A DNA stretch of 64,000 nt from an uncultured Bacilli bacterium (GTDB taxonomy: Bacteria; Bacillota_I; Bacilli_A; RF39; UBA660): positions 100,328 through 164,327 of the forward strand of contig CASPWD010000005.1 in NCBI GenBank assembly GCA_949425635.1, in the 5' to 3' direction. A program made the position numbers and the translations under genes. Each line of letters begins with the position of its first letter. Within the stretch, counting starts at the first letter, position 1. Positions 1 through 10,165 of this stretch are shown in pieces. Below the pieces are notes generated by a model. That model had not been told where the DNA came from, made no database searches, and saw only the letters and a list, made by a program, of their open reading frames with translations.

Positions 1-101
1 GCTATAACGGCTGGACGAAAGTCTTCAAAGTTAAAGTTATTTTTTAAATAAGTTCTTAGTTCTCTTTCATTTTTTGTTTCAACTTTTATAACTAATTTCA
101 T
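1..101 (-). CDS. N-terminal part of hypothetical protein (runs off window start)
   Basis: SD GGTGA then ATG at 101; open frame MKLVIKVETKNERELRTYLKNNFNFEDFRPAVI to the window edge. Confidence 0.7.
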   Translation of the reverse strand, partial: MKLVIKVETKNERELRTYLKNNFNFEDFRPAVI

Positions 102-171
102 ATTATCACCTAATATAATATTAATACTTTTTTAGTATGGAGAAAAGAAAAACATAGTTGAGTTTTTTTCA

Positions 172-732
172 TTAACTATGTTTTATATTATTTAAAATAT
201 CTAATATTTCGTAATAACATGTTGTTTCACCATTGCTTCCATTCCTATTCTCTGGTTTTACAAAGTCGAATATTTCACTTAAGACAAATTCAACATTACT
301 TGGATTTACTTTGTCTTTTATAAGTGTTAAACATGTTTCTTTATATCCTCTAATCATACAACCTGCTAGAGCCTTATAATAACTTTTTTCCGGTAAGGTG
401 GATTGTTTGTACAATTCTAAAGCTAGTGAGTCAGTTACTTTTCGAGGATTACTTATAATTATTTTATTACTTCGAAAAACGCCATTTGGAGTAGATGGAT
501 TGTTGACATTAATTACTTCAGCATCGTCTGGTATTTCAACATCATATAGGGTGTCTCCCCTAACTAACCAACGAAAAATCATATCATAAGTTGAGTAATT
601 AAATCCGCCCATTAACTTTGGATTTTCTTCCTTAGGATTCCAATTACTAGAAATATTTACTTCATTTAATTTATATTCTAAATTATTATTAGCCCCTGAA
701 GTTTTTCCAAACATTACTTTACAATATTTCAT
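172..732 (-). CDS. Hypothetical protein with phage/giant-virus-like N-terminal domain
   Basis: 186 aa ORF 3 bp downstream of the Q-salvage gene; pattern YxK...Y...GGF...V.IPxDAxV...RxNKII. Confidence 0.75.
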   Translation of the reverse strand: MKYCKVMFGKTSGANNNLEYKLNEVNISSNWNPKEENPKLMGGFNYSTYDMIFRWLVRGDTLYDVEIPDDAEVINVNNPSTPNGVFRSNKIIISNPRKVTDSLALELYKQSTLPEKSYYKALAGCMIRGYKETCLTLIKDKVNPSNVEFVLSEIFDFVKPENRNGSNGETTCYYEILDILNNIKHS

Positions 733-735
733 AAA

Positions 736-1671
736 TTAATAATGAATTGTAAGTGTACGATGGTATGGTTTGGTCATCATACTTTTATCTTGGCCAAGTA
801 ACCAAATATAATCGTTAATATCCATACGAGCAACTTTTCCTTCTAATTTTTTTGAAATATAATCAATCACAACAATATCATTAGCTCTTATTTCTATTTC
901 CATAGGAGAGTCTTCATCTAATTCAATTAAGTTATCAACAAGACTTGTTAGTTCTTCATCAAATTCTAGAATACCTAGACATCTCATTACTTGAGGAATT
1001 TTGTAGTCGGCACATCCCATTAAATGAGAATAATCTACTTCTGCATTCTCTATCAATTTTCTAACATGTAAGATATCTGATGTAATAAGTTGGGCACGTT
1101 TATAAAAATATACAGGTTCATTATTGTATATACATTCATCTTTAAAATAACTTAAATTTTCTATAATATAGTCTAATAAAGTAATGTCATCATTCATATT
1201 TTTTATTTCATTATAGAAGTCGCTATCTAATTTAGAAAGATATTCATTCATTTTTGTAATACAATCATATCTTTCTTTTAATAATGGAATTTCAACATTA
1301 CCTTGTAACATATTTGAGAATTCTTCATAAGACATATTAAAGTTTTTGCCTGATTTAAACCAATCAATTAAAATTTTCATAATAGCAAAAGATCCATCTA
1401 ATTTTGAATTATCATCTAGAGTTATTTCCCACTTAGGACTTCCCCAAAAACAATAGTCACCTATTGTATGATAGACAAGTAAGAAATTAATGATGTCTTG
1501 GAAATTCATATCAAGTAAACCAAATGGATTTGAGTCTAACCAATAACTAATATTATTAAAATCTCCATTGCTGATGATTTCATCTAATCTTTTATAATTT
1601 ATTTTTACATGTTTAGAGTTATCACTAACGTATTTAGTAGAATCCTCTATTCTTTTTAATATATCACTCAT
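736..1671 (-). CDS. qng1: Queuosine salvage protein / queuosine-5'-phosphate N-glycosylase (DUF2419, Qng1 family)
   Basis: Family motifs FYKRAQL, ADYKIPQV..LGIL, EIEIRA, DYIW, C-terminal PYHRTLTIHY. Confidence 0.88.
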   Translation of the reverse strand: MSDILKRIEDSTKYVSDNSKHVKINYKRLDEIISNGDFNNISYWLDSNPFGLLDMNFQDIINFLLVYHTIGDYCFWGSPKWEITLDDNSKLDGSFAIMKILIDWFKSGKNFNMSYEEFSNMLQGNVEIPLLKERYDCITKMNEYLSKLDSDFYNEIKNMNDDITLLDYIIENLSYFKDECIYNNEPVYFYKRAQLITSDILHVRKLIENAEVDYSHLMGCADYKIPQVMRCLGILEFDEELTSLVDNLIELDEDSPMEIEIRANDIVVIDYISKKLEGKVARMDINDYIWLLGQDKSMMTKPYHRTLTIHY

Positions 1672-1731
1672 ATTTTCACCTTTTACCTCTCTAATAATAT
1701 TTTAGCACGAATAGAAAAAAGCTTAAATAAA

Positions 1732-2226
1732 TTAAGCCTCTTTTTCTGATTTTTTATATTTTAAAAATTGTTCCATTCCATTACGTTTGTCAGTTTCTTG
1801 GTCATTTTTAATGGAGTCACTTAATAGTTCGTAATAAATACGTTCTTCTAAAGAAAATAGAACTCTTTTTTCTGGTTCTTCATTTATTCCTAGATCACTC
1901 ATTAAAGATATCTTATCGCTTTTACCAAGAGTTGCTAAGAATTTAGAAGTCTCATTATTTTTGAATGATTCCAAAAATTTCTCTTTTCTTATTTCATTTA
2001 ATTTCATATTAGCTTTATTTAATTTTAATGCTAAAATACCTTCATTTTTTTCTAAAGCAATTAAATACAATCCTACTCTTATTGTTTCATTTATATTACT
2101 TAGTGCTTCTATTAACATTTCAACTGTGTAATTAGACTTTGTAAATTCTGTTATCATTTCTTCCATTAAAGGAAAAAGAGTTTTACCATATAACTTTTTT
2201 AATTCATCTTTATTCATTTTCATCAA
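1732..2226 (-). CDS. Hypothetical protein
   Basis: 164 aa ORF overlapping the upstream gene end; no recognised motif. Confidence 0.7.
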   Translation of the reverse strand: MMKMNKDELKKLYGKTLFPLMEEMITEFTKSNYTVEMLIEALSNINETIRVGLYLIALEKNEGILALKLNKANMKLNEIRKEKFLESFKNNETSKFLATLGKSDKISLMSDLGINEEPEKRVLFSLEERIYYELLSDSIKNDQETDKRNGMEQFLKYKKSEKEA

Positions 2227-3028
2227 TACCTATCAATAACATTTTATTTACTACATCAATATCTATATCATCATGAGATATATTTTTGGGTAAAATAGAT
2301 GAACTTAGGTTATCATTAAAATCTAATATACATAGTGGTTTAAAGAATTGTTCATATGAATCTTTTCCTAAAGCTCCACAACATAGAACGAAATCATCTT
2401 GATTAGAGCCATTTTCTTCAAAAACAGCCATTTCTAGTGTAACATCAAAGTAATAGTATTCTTCATTTATTAGTACTAAGTTACTAGTATAAAATTCACC
2501 ATCTTCATTTTTCATGGCTACTGTTAAAACATTCATACCAACTTTTGAAAGAATTTCACTGAAAATATAAGAATTAACTATACTATCAAAATCACCATTA
2601 ACTAAGCCATGATAAAGTTCATTACTAGTTATACTTTTACCAACACTTAATGATTCTTCTTCAAATTCGTCGCTCATAGCTAGATACGCTTGTAGTTTGC
2701 AAGCATTTAATAGTTGGGTAGATGGTGAAGCTGATTCTTCTAATTCTAGACCATTAATAATCTCTCTTATTTTATCTTCTGTTTTAAATTTTGAAGCCAT
2801 CTCATTCATATCAATTGTTAAATTAGTATTATTTTTGCGACATAAATGTAGATTTGATTCAATACATGTTTTTTCTTTACCATTAACGTTAACTAAGTAT
2901 ATGTTATCCCCTTTTCCTAAATAAGAAGTAACACATTTTATTATACCTTTTGAATTACTGCTGATGATAAGAACTTCATCTCCAACGTTGAACTCAGCTT
3001 TTTGAATTTTTGTAAGCATACTAGCCAC
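2210..3028 (-). CDS. SH3/KOW-like N-terminus plus degenerate transglutaminase-like domain protein
   Basis: FNVGDEV..S.SKGII...YLV beta-barrel pattern; NLVLINEEYYYFDVT resembles the TGase HxWNxVxIxxxWYxxDxT motif. Confidence 0.6.
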   Translation of the reverse strand: MASMLTKIQKAEFNVGDEVLIISSNSKGIIKCVTSYLGKGDNIYLVNVNGKEKTCIESNLHLCRKNNTNLTIDMNEMASKFKTEDKIREIINGLELEESASPSTQLLNACKLQAYLAMSDEFEEESLSVGKSITSNELYHGLVNGDFDSIVNSYIFSEILSKVGMNVLTVAMKNEDGEFYTSNLVLINEEYYYFDVTLEMAVFEENGSNQDDFVLCCGALGKDSYEQFFKPLCILDFNDNLSSSILPKNISHDDIDIDVVNKMLLIGIDENE

Positions 3029-3093
3029 ACCACCTATTTTATAGATAAATTATATCATATATATTTTTACTATTCTATTGTTTAAGTTTTATA

Positions 3094-3390
3094 TTATTTT
3101 AACTTCGAATTACTTTCAGCTTCACTGAACGTTGAAGTATGCTCATTACTTTTTTCTTTGGAAGTATAAGCCATTATTTCATCCAGAAACGAAAGATTAG
3201 ATATATCTTCTTTAGTTATTATAATCAATAATTCTTTTGGAGTTATTCCATATTCATTACATGTTTTAGCAATTAATGTAGGATTAGCAATAAGACTTTC
3301 ACATATACTTAATGAATAGGAACTAAACGCTCTTTTTATAGCAGAGTGCTTTCTTATCTGTTTTAAACTTTCTATTATTTCTTTATCCAT
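3094..3390 (-). CDS. Putative XRE-like HTH antitoxin
   Basis: 98 aa, overlaps the upstream RelE-like gene by 8 bp; LIAKTCNEYGITPKELLII resembles an HTH. Confidence 0.45.
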   Translation of the reverse strand: MDKEIIESLKQIRKHSAIKRAFSSYSLSICESLIANPTLIAKTCNEYGITPKELLIIITKEDISNLSFLDEIMAYTSKEKSNEHTSTFSEAESNSKLK

Positions 3391-4183
3391 TGTTCTTATT
3401 CCTTCCTATTGTATTTTTTTCAACATATTCTCTTATTTCTGATAGAACTTGTTGATTTTCTATAATAAGTTCTTCAACTCGATCTTTTTGCTTAATACGT
3501 TTTTTTGTTCTTTCAAAATCCTTAGATAATAAAGAATCCCTTGTTTCAATTTCTTTGCGGTCTTTAAGACTCCAATCGTCTTTTTTTACTCTAACCATTT
3601 CAATATAAATAATATTATTAGGTAATTCACGATATATTATTCTCAATTGAAATCCTTTTATTTCAAGAAGTCCACGTAGTTTCTCTGAACTAGAACTTAA
3701 TCTTTTGCCTTTTTCAACATTACCTAAGTTTGTTCCTTGTTCTAAGGATGATAAAAGGCCAGATATCTGTTCATAATAATGCCTGTCAACATCTCTTTCT
3801 AAATCTTTTTTAAATGAAATATTCCCAGCTGGATTTACTCCAAATATCAAATTATATGGATTGTCATTTTGAGTTTTAGCAGATTCTACATGATGCTCTT
3901 CTATAGTAAAACTTTGAAGATATATTCTTTCGCATATTCTTATTTTGGCTTTCGTAATCTTCGCTTCTAATTCGCATTCCTTTCGATCTTTTGGATTATG
4001 GAAAAATGCAAGTGATTCTTGCCATTCTTGTAATTCTTTATTTAATTCAGCTATTATTCCTTTCATTAAGGGTTGAAAGTTAGAATATGATGATGAAGGG
4101 AGTGCATTTTCGATATCTTCAACATCTAAGGCTCTTATAGCATCTAAATATTTTTGTCTTAATCCTATCATATTATCTATCAT
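3383..4183 (-). CDS. Protein with RelE/Gp49-like toxin domain and N-terminal coiled coil
   Basis: KRL...KLRGLLEIKGFQLRIIY...IIYI...VKK matches the RelE/HigB (Gp49-like) pattern. Confidence 0.55.
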   Translation of the reverse strand: MIDNMIGLRQKYLDAIRALDVEDIENALPSSSYSNFQPLMKGIIAELNKELQEWQESLAFFHNPKDRKECELEAKITKAKIRICERIYLQSFTIEEHHVESAKTQNDNPYNLIFGVNPAGNISFKKDLERDVDRHYYEQISGLLSSLEQGTNLGNVEKGKRLSSSSEKLRGLLEIKGFQLRIIYRELPNNIIYIEMVRVKKDDWSLKDRKEIETRDSLLSKDFERTKKRIKQKDRVEELIIENQQVLSEIREYVEKNTIGRNKNNG

Positions 4184-4237
4184 ATTTTCACCATAATTAT
4201 TATAACATAAATGTGTATATTACTAAAAGTTTTATAT

Positions 4238-4275
4238 AAAAAAAGTATAGTTAGATATAATCTAACTATATTTTT
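4238..4275. terminator. Intrinsic terminator after the ABC transporter operon
   Basis: Perfect stem TATAGTTAGAT/ATCTAACTATA flanked by A- and T-tracts. Confidence 0.75.
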
Positions 4276-4280
4276 GATTT

Positions 4281-6443
4281 TTAACTTAATTTTTCAAATT
4301 GACTATTATATAATTTGCAGTAGAATCCACCTTGAGCCATTAGTTCTTCGTGACTACCTTGTTCAATTATATTACCTTGATCCATAACTAGAATTAAATC
4401 AGCATTTTTAATTGTTGAAAGTCTATGAGCAATAATGAAAGAAGTTCTTCCTTCAGTTAATTTATCCATTGCTTTTTGGACTAATTCTTCTGTTCTTGTA
4501 TCAACATTACTTGTAGCTTCGTCAAGAATTAAGAATGGTGCATCTTCAAGCATACCACGTGCTATAGTAAATAATTGTTTTTGACCTTGACTGACTGTAT
4601 CAGTATCACCTATAACGGCATTTAAGCCTCCTGGTAAAGTCTTAACAAAGTGATCTATACCAACAGTTTTGCAAGCTTCCATAATTTCCTCATCACTTAC
4701 ATGTTCTTTGTTAAAACGCAAATTATCGCCGATTGTACCTTCGAATAACCAAGTATCTTGTAATACCATACAGAATAATTCATGAATATTTTCTCTTGAT
4801 AGTTCTTTGGTAGAAACTCCGTCTATTAAAATATCTCCATCATTTATCTCATAGAATTTCATAAGTAAATTAACCATTGTTGTTTTTCCAGCACCAGTAG
4901 GTCCAACTATGGCAATCTTTTGACCAGGTTTAACATCAACACTAAAATCTTTAATTATCATACGATTTTTATCATAACCGAATTTAACATGGTTAAATGA
5001 AATGTTTCCTTTAACTTTAGAACGATCAAGTCTTTTAACAATATTGTTTTGGTTAGACATCTCTTCTTCATCTATGAATTCAAATACTCTTTCTGAAGCT
5101 GCTGCTGTTGATTGTAAGTTGGTCATAGCTTGAGCGATTTGTGATAATGGATTAGTAAATAATCTTACATAAATCATAAATGCTACAATAACACCAAATG
5201 AAATATGACCATTCATTGCAAGTAAGGCTCCAACAATACATACAGCAACATATCCAAAGTTACCAATGAATCCCATTAAAGGTTGCATTGTTCCAGATAA
5301 GAAAATACTCTTTCTCTTGGCTTCATATAGTGCATTATTTAATTTTTCAAAATCGTTTAATGAATCTTTAACACCATTATAAGCTTTTACAACATTATGA
5401 CCTGAATAATTTTCTTCAATGTACCCATTTAGCTCTCCTAATGCTCTTTGATTTTCATTAAAGTACTTTTGGGATTTACCAAGAATTCCAAACATAAACA
5501 TGAATCCTATCATACTAGATAATATTGCTGTTATAGCCATTACCCAGTTAGTATAAAACATCATTATGATTGAACCTAAAAATAATGTTGAACTGCTTAC
5601 TAAAGTAGATAAACTATTATTAAGGTTTTGAGCTATTGTATCAATATCATTCGTTATTCTAGATAAAATATCACCTGTTTCATGAGTGTCAAAATATTTA
5701 AGTGGTAATGTATTTATTTTACTGCTTACATTTGTTCTTAATTTCTTAGCAAAGTTATTAGAAATGTGTGTCATAGATAAACTTTGAATATAATTAAAAA
5801 GTGCACTAACAATATATAAAACTCCCATAAAAATGGCTATATTCTTTATTTTATTTGTATTCATTTCTGGTTCGATTAAACTATATACAGATTCTGGTAA
5901 TTTATCCATTACTTTTAAAGCATTTTCTGTTCCAGTTTCATCGCCCATCTCTGATAATAAGTTAATCATATCTAATTGATCTTGAACAGTTATAGTAACA
6001 CCTTCTACTACAACATCTTCGAATAATACTTTTAATATTGATTCTGGTAAAGATAAGAAAATACTACTCATATTTTCTTCAGAAGATTCTTTCATATTCG
6101 CTAAGCTATTTATAAACATAGTTTTATCTTCTTCACTTATATCGTTTGACATAAGTATTTCATTTGATTTAATTGTTATTTTTTCTTCAGTAAAGTTGGA
6201 AGATATTTCTTTACTAATAAGTTCAAATTTTTCTGTTTTAGGAACTAACCCTAAACCAATTTCGTCAGCAAAAGTAGATAATTTATTAGGAGCAACCAAT
6301 GATAAAATTGCACTAATCATTGCTAGCACTAATGATAAAATCATCAATACTTTCCAAGGTCTAAGATTAGAAATTAATCTTTTCATTGAGCCAAAGAAAT
6401 CTTTAGATTTTTCTTGAACTCTACGTCCACCTGGTCTAGGCAT
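4281..6443 (-). CDS. Heterodimeric multidrug-type ABC exporter subunit B (TMD+NBD) with large extracytoplasmic insert
   Basis: Walker A GPTGAGKT, signature SQGQKQ, Walker B ILDEATS, AHRLST; six TM segments. Confidence 0.93.
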   Translation of the reverse strand: MPRPGGRRVQEKSKDFFGSMKRLISNLRPWKVLMILSLVLAMISAILSLVAPNKLSTFADEIGLGLVPKTEKFELISKEISSNFTEEKITIKSNEILMSNDISEEDKTMFINSLANMKESSEENMSSIFLSLPESILKVLFEDVVVEGVTITVQDQLDMINLLSEMGDETGTENALKVMDKLPESVYSLIEPEMNTNKIKNIAIFMGVLYIVSALFNYIQSLSMTHISNNFAKKLRTNVSSKINTLPLKYFDTHETGDILSRITNDIDTIAQNLNNSLSTLVSSSTLFLGSIIMMFYTNWVMAITAILSSMIGFMFMFGILGKSQKYFNENQRALGELNGYIEENYSGHNVVKAYNGVKDSLNDFEKLNNALYEAKRKSIFLSGTMQPLMGFIGNFGYVAVCIVGALLAMNGHISFGVIVAFMIYVRLFTNPLSQIAQAMTNLQSTAAASERVFEFIDEEEMSNQNNIVKRLDRSKVKGNISFNHVKFGYDKNRMIIKDFSVDVKPGQKIAIVGPTGAGKTTMVNLLMKFYEINDGDILIDGVSTKELSRENIHELFCMVLQDTWLFEGTIGDNLRFNKEHVSDEEIMEACKTVGIDHFVKTLPGGLNAVIGDTDTVSQGQKQLFTIARGMLEDAPFLILDEATSNVDTRTEELVQKAMDKLTEGRTSFIIAHRLSTIKNADLILVMDQGNIIEQGSHEELMAQGGFYCKLYNSQFEKLS

Positions 6444-8196
6444 CTTTCAATTCCTCCTCACTTAATTGCGATAATGCGATTTCTTTATAAACTTCACAAT
6501 TTTTTAGTAGTTCTTCATGTGTTCCCATTCCAACACATTTTCCTTTATCTAATACGATAATCTTATCTGCATTTAAAATGGTACCAATTCTTTGTGCAAC
6601 AATAACACTTGTTGCATCTTTTGTATAATTTTTTAATTCACGTCTTAATGTAGCATCTGTTTTGTAATCTAATGCTGAGAATGAATCATCAAAAATGTAG
6701 ATTTCTGGATCTCTTGCAATTGCACGGGCAATACTTAATCTTTGTTTTTGTCCACCAGATACATTAGTACCACCACGAGCAATATGTGCATCATATGCTC
6801 CATCCATTTTTTCAACAAAATCAGTTCCTTGTGCTACTTTAACTGCTTCTTTTATTTTTTCGATTGTTGGTTCTTCACGGCCATTGTCACCATAAGCAAC
6901 ATTTTCACTTACTGTACCAGTAAACATAACCGCTTTTTGAGGAACATAACCAATTTTGTTATTCAAGCATTCTAATCTATATTCTTTAACGTTAACTCCA
7001 TCTACTAATACTTCACCTTTAGTTGCATCATAAAATCTTGGAATCAAATTAATTAAACTCGATTTTCCACTACCTGTTGATCCAATAAATGCAATGGTTT
7101 CGCCTTTTTCTGCTTTAAACGAAATATCTTTTAATAAATATTCATCAGCATCAGGATATTTGAATGAAACGTTTTTAAATTCTATTGTGCCAATTTCTTC
7201 AGTAACACCATCAAATGTTCCATCAATAACACTTACTTCTTCGTCTAATATTTCATTAATTCTTCGAGCAGAAATTTGTGCTCTTGGAACCATCATAAAA
7301 ATCATCGCTAACATCAAGAATGACATGATAACTTGCATTCCATAGCTTGAAAAGACAACCATATTACTAAATAATTGTATTTTGTCAAACATTCCAGCGT
7401 TTAAAATTAATATTGTTCCAATAATATAAATACCTAATGTTAATCCATGCATAACAAGATTCATTATAGGAGTCATTGCTGCAAAAGTACGTTGATTAAA
7501 CAATTGTTGATTTGTTAAATCTCTATTAACTTCTTCAAATCTATTTTCTTGAAATTTTTCAGCATTAAAAGCTCTAATTACTCTAATACCTGTTAAGTTC
7601 TCTCTAGTAACTCCGTTGATTCTATCTATAAGCTTTTGTACTCTTTCAAATCTAGGTAATACAATAACTAGTATAATAACAACTGTTGTTAAAAGAATGA
7701 TTACACAAGCTCCAGTTAAAAGGCTCCATTCAAAACCTTTGTTAAGTATTTTTAAAACTGCCCAAACAGCCATTATTGGAGCTTTAACCATCATTTGTAA
7801 TCCCATACCAATAATCATATCTACTTGAGTTACGTCATTTGTTGTTCTAGTAATTAAACTACTAGTTGAAAACTTTTTAATTTCTTCTGTACCAAATTCT
7901 TGGATTTTTCTAAATATTTTCATTCTTATAGTAGTTGCAAAGCTTGAAGCAATATTAGCTGCTAAATAACAAACTATTATTGCAGATATTAAACTACCAA
8001 GAGCACAACCTAACATCAAAGCTCCCTGAGTAATTATATCTTTCATCAAACTTCCTTCAGTTTGAACAAGTCTTGTTATTTCACTCATATAATCAGGCAT
8101 TGTTAACTCTAACCATACTTGAACTATAATTAATAAAAGAGCAAAAATAATACCTACTATTTCTTTTTTTCTTAAATTTTTAAATAATTTTCCCAT
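6436..8196 (-). CDS. Heterodimeric multidrug-type ABC exporter subunit A (TMD+NBD)
   Basis: GSTGSGKS, SGGQKQR, degenerate Walker B IFDDSFSALD, AQR switch (TM287/288- or EfrAB-type pair). Confidence 0.93.
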   Translation of the reverse strand: MGKLFKNLRKKEIVGIIFALLLIIVQVWLELTMPDYMSEITRLVQTEGSLMKDIITQGALMLGCALGSLISAIIVCYLAANIASSFATTIRMKIFRKIQEFGTEEIKKFSTSSLITRTTNDVTQVDMIIGMGLQMMVKAPIMAVWAVLKILNKGFEWSLLTGACVIILLTTVVIILVIVLPRFERVQKLIDRINGVTRENLTGIRVIRAFNAEKFQENRFEEVNRDLTNQQLFNQRTFAAMTPIMNLVMHGLTLGIYIIGTILILNAGMFDKIQLFSNMVVFSSYGMQVIMSFLMLAMIFMMVPRAQISARRINEILDEEVSVIDGTFDGVTEEIGTIEFKNVSFKYPDADEYLLKDISFKAEKGETIAFIGSTGSGKSSLINLIPRFYDATKGEVLVDGVNVKEYRLECLNNKIGYVPQKAVMFTGTVSENVAYGDNGREEPTIEKIKEAVKVAQGTDFVEKMDGAYDAHIARGGTNVSGGQKQRLSIARAIARDPEIYIFDDSFSALDYKTDATLRRELKNYTKDATSVIVAQRIGTILNADKIIVLDKGKCVGMGTHEELLKNCEVYKEIALSQLSEEELKDA

Positions 8197-8198
8197 TT

Positions 8199-8630
8199 TT
8201 ATATCCTTTCTATATTTTTCTTTATTTTATTTAAAATGCGATTGAATTCTGCAAATTCTTCGTCTGATATTTCTGATGATAAAATTTCATCGATTTTATC
8301 TTTATCTTCTCGTAAAATTTCAGCTGTTTTCTTAGATTTATCTGTTAACTTAATAATCTTCATTCTTGAATCTTCTGATGAGTCAACTCTAACTATCAGA
8401 CCATTCTTTTCCATTGTATTCAAAACAGCGGACATTGTTGACTTATTACATGATATAAACCTCTCAATATCTCTTTGACATATCTGCATATCATTATCGT
8501 ATAAGAACATAATTATTCTACTATGTACTGGTGTTACCTCTAAACCAAGCTCCTTATATCTTGCAGATATTTTCTTAAATATACCAATATTTACTTCATT
8601 AAGCTCTAACATAATTGAAGAATTTTGCAC
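8199..8630 (-). CDS. MarR family transcriptional regulator
   Basis: CQRDIE...NKSTMSAVLNTMEKNGLIVR..S.EDSR winged HTH; GTG at 8630 follows SD GAGGTG. Confidence 0.9.
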   Translation of the reverse strand: MQNSSIMLELNEVNIGIFKKISARYKELGLEVTPVHSRIIMFLYDNDMQICQRDIERFISCNKSTMSAVLNTMEKNGLIVRVDSSEDSRMKIIKLTDKSKKTAEILREDKDKIDEILSSEISDEEFAEFNRILNKIKKNIERI

Positions 8631-8644
8631 TCCACTCACCTCAT

Positions 8645-8662
8645 TAGTTCGTTACCGAACTA
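8645..8662. promoter_or_regulatory. Putative MarR operator
   Basis: Perfect inverted repeat TAGTTCG-N4-CGAACTA between the promoter and SD of marR. Confidence 0.7.
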
Positions 8663-8731
8663 TATCATTATACCCCCTATCTAAAACATATTCAAGAAAA
8701 AAGAGATTATCTTAAATATTTTTAATAATCT

Positions 8732-9703
8732 CTAATTAATATATTCTAAACTGCCTTCATTTTTATCACTAATAATTCTAACTTTCATTCCATTTATCAT
8801 TGTAAATGATGGTTTAACATGACCTACATCAAATTTGTAAACTACTGGAATATCTTGGATAGCTTTTTTTATTAATTCTTCATAGGTCATATCAACAAAA
8901 GTATTTGGAATACATACTTTTCCGATAAGAATTGCTTTTGTATATTTAAACCATCCAGCATATTTAAATTGGAGTAAAGTATTATATAAAGCTTCACTAG
9001 TCATACTAAAGACATCAAAGTACCAGATAAATCCTTCATCTTTATATTTTTCTAAAAATTCATTTGTTTTATCGAATTTAGTGCCAATTAAATCTTTTAA
9101 GACATCAATACAACCGCCAATTAAAATTCCTTCTTCATTAACATCACCATTCATATTTATCCATTCATTATCTTTACTTAAATCATCACTAAATGACTCT
9201 TTTTCACACTTATCATATTTATATTGTTTAATTAAATTACCTTTTAATAGTTTAAAATAATTTAAGTAAGATTCATGTAAAGGATTTTCATCTAATCCTG
9301 TCATATTACAAGGGCTATAAATGGTGGCAATATCATAATTTGTTGTTAAAATGTATAGTAAACTAGTAGGATCACTACTACCAGCAAGCCATTTAGGATT
9401 TTTAACTATAACATCAAATTCTACTTTATCAAGCATGTCAAATAAGAAGTCTCCTCCTCGAGCTATGGATACCATATTTACGTCTTTATTCAAAAATAAA
9501 CTTTCTAGTTCTCTTGCTCTTGTAATACTATCACTACTAACAACCCCACCTGTTCTTACATTGGGAGTTTCTATTATAGCAAAGCCATTTTCTTTTAAAT
9601 TGCTAAGAGTTTTTTCATATTGTTCTAACTTATTTGAGACACCACAACTACAAGCAGTAATGCCAATTATATCATTGTCATTTAAGAAATTAGGAATAAT
9701 CAT
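8732..9703 (-). CDS. S66 family LD-carboxypeptidase (MccF-like)
   Basis: ARGG, GSSDPT nucleophile motif, LIGGC, VGHVKP. Confidence 0.88.
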   Translation of the reverse strand: MIIPNFLNDNDIIGITACSCGVSNKLEQYEKTLSNLKENGFAIIETPNVRTGGVVSSDSITRARELESLFLNKDVNMVSIARGGDFLFDMLDKVEFDVIVKNPKWLAGSSDPTSLLYILTTNYDIATIYSPCNMTGLDENPLHESYLNYFKLLKGNLIKQYKYDKCEKESFSDDLSKDNEWINMNGDVNEEGILIGGCIDVLKDLIGTKFDKTNEFLEKYKDEGFIWYFDVFSMTSEALYNTLLQFKYAGWFKYTKAILIGKVCIPNTFVDMTYEELIKKAIQDIPVVYKFDVGHVKPSFTMINGMKVRIISDKNEGSLEYIN

Positions 9704-9726
9704 ATTATCACTCTTTCGTTTTTTAA

Positions 9727-10092
9727 TTATTTATCAATTCTATATGTTTTTTCATTATTCGTTGTTGATGTGGTAACACTTGGATTTGATTCATTTTCTT
9801 CATTATTAATACGAATAAAGCTTGGTAATGGAAAACCATTTTTAGTAAATAAATTTAGTCCATAATAAGCTAATACAAGCAAATCTACTATTAAAAAGAT
9901 AAAATACTGAAGTTTAAATACAAACAATCTTATAAGAAAAATAAACAATAAAAGACTGAAAGCAAAACCACAAATACTTTTCATTTTTGTTGGTTTTGTA
10001 TAAACTCTTCTATAAGAGGAATTAGATGAATTATTCATTTCTTCATATTTACTTAAAAACTTATCTATTATATTAGGATTATTATTTTTCAT
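9727..10092 (-). CDS. Hypothetical two-TM membrane protein
   Basis: Two hydrophobic segments; SD GGTGA before ATG. Confidence 0.7.
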   Translation of the reverse strand: MKNNNPNIIDKFLSKYEEMNNSSNSSYRRVYTKPTKMKSICGFAFSLLLFIFLIRLFVFKLQYFIFLIVDLLVLAYYGLNLFTKNGFPLPSFIRINNEENESNPSVTTSTTNNEKTYRIDK

Positions 10093-10165
10093 ATTATCAC
10101 CACTACTTCTATAATACTATATAAAGAAAAAAGTATCTACTAAGATAGTGATACTTTAATTATTT

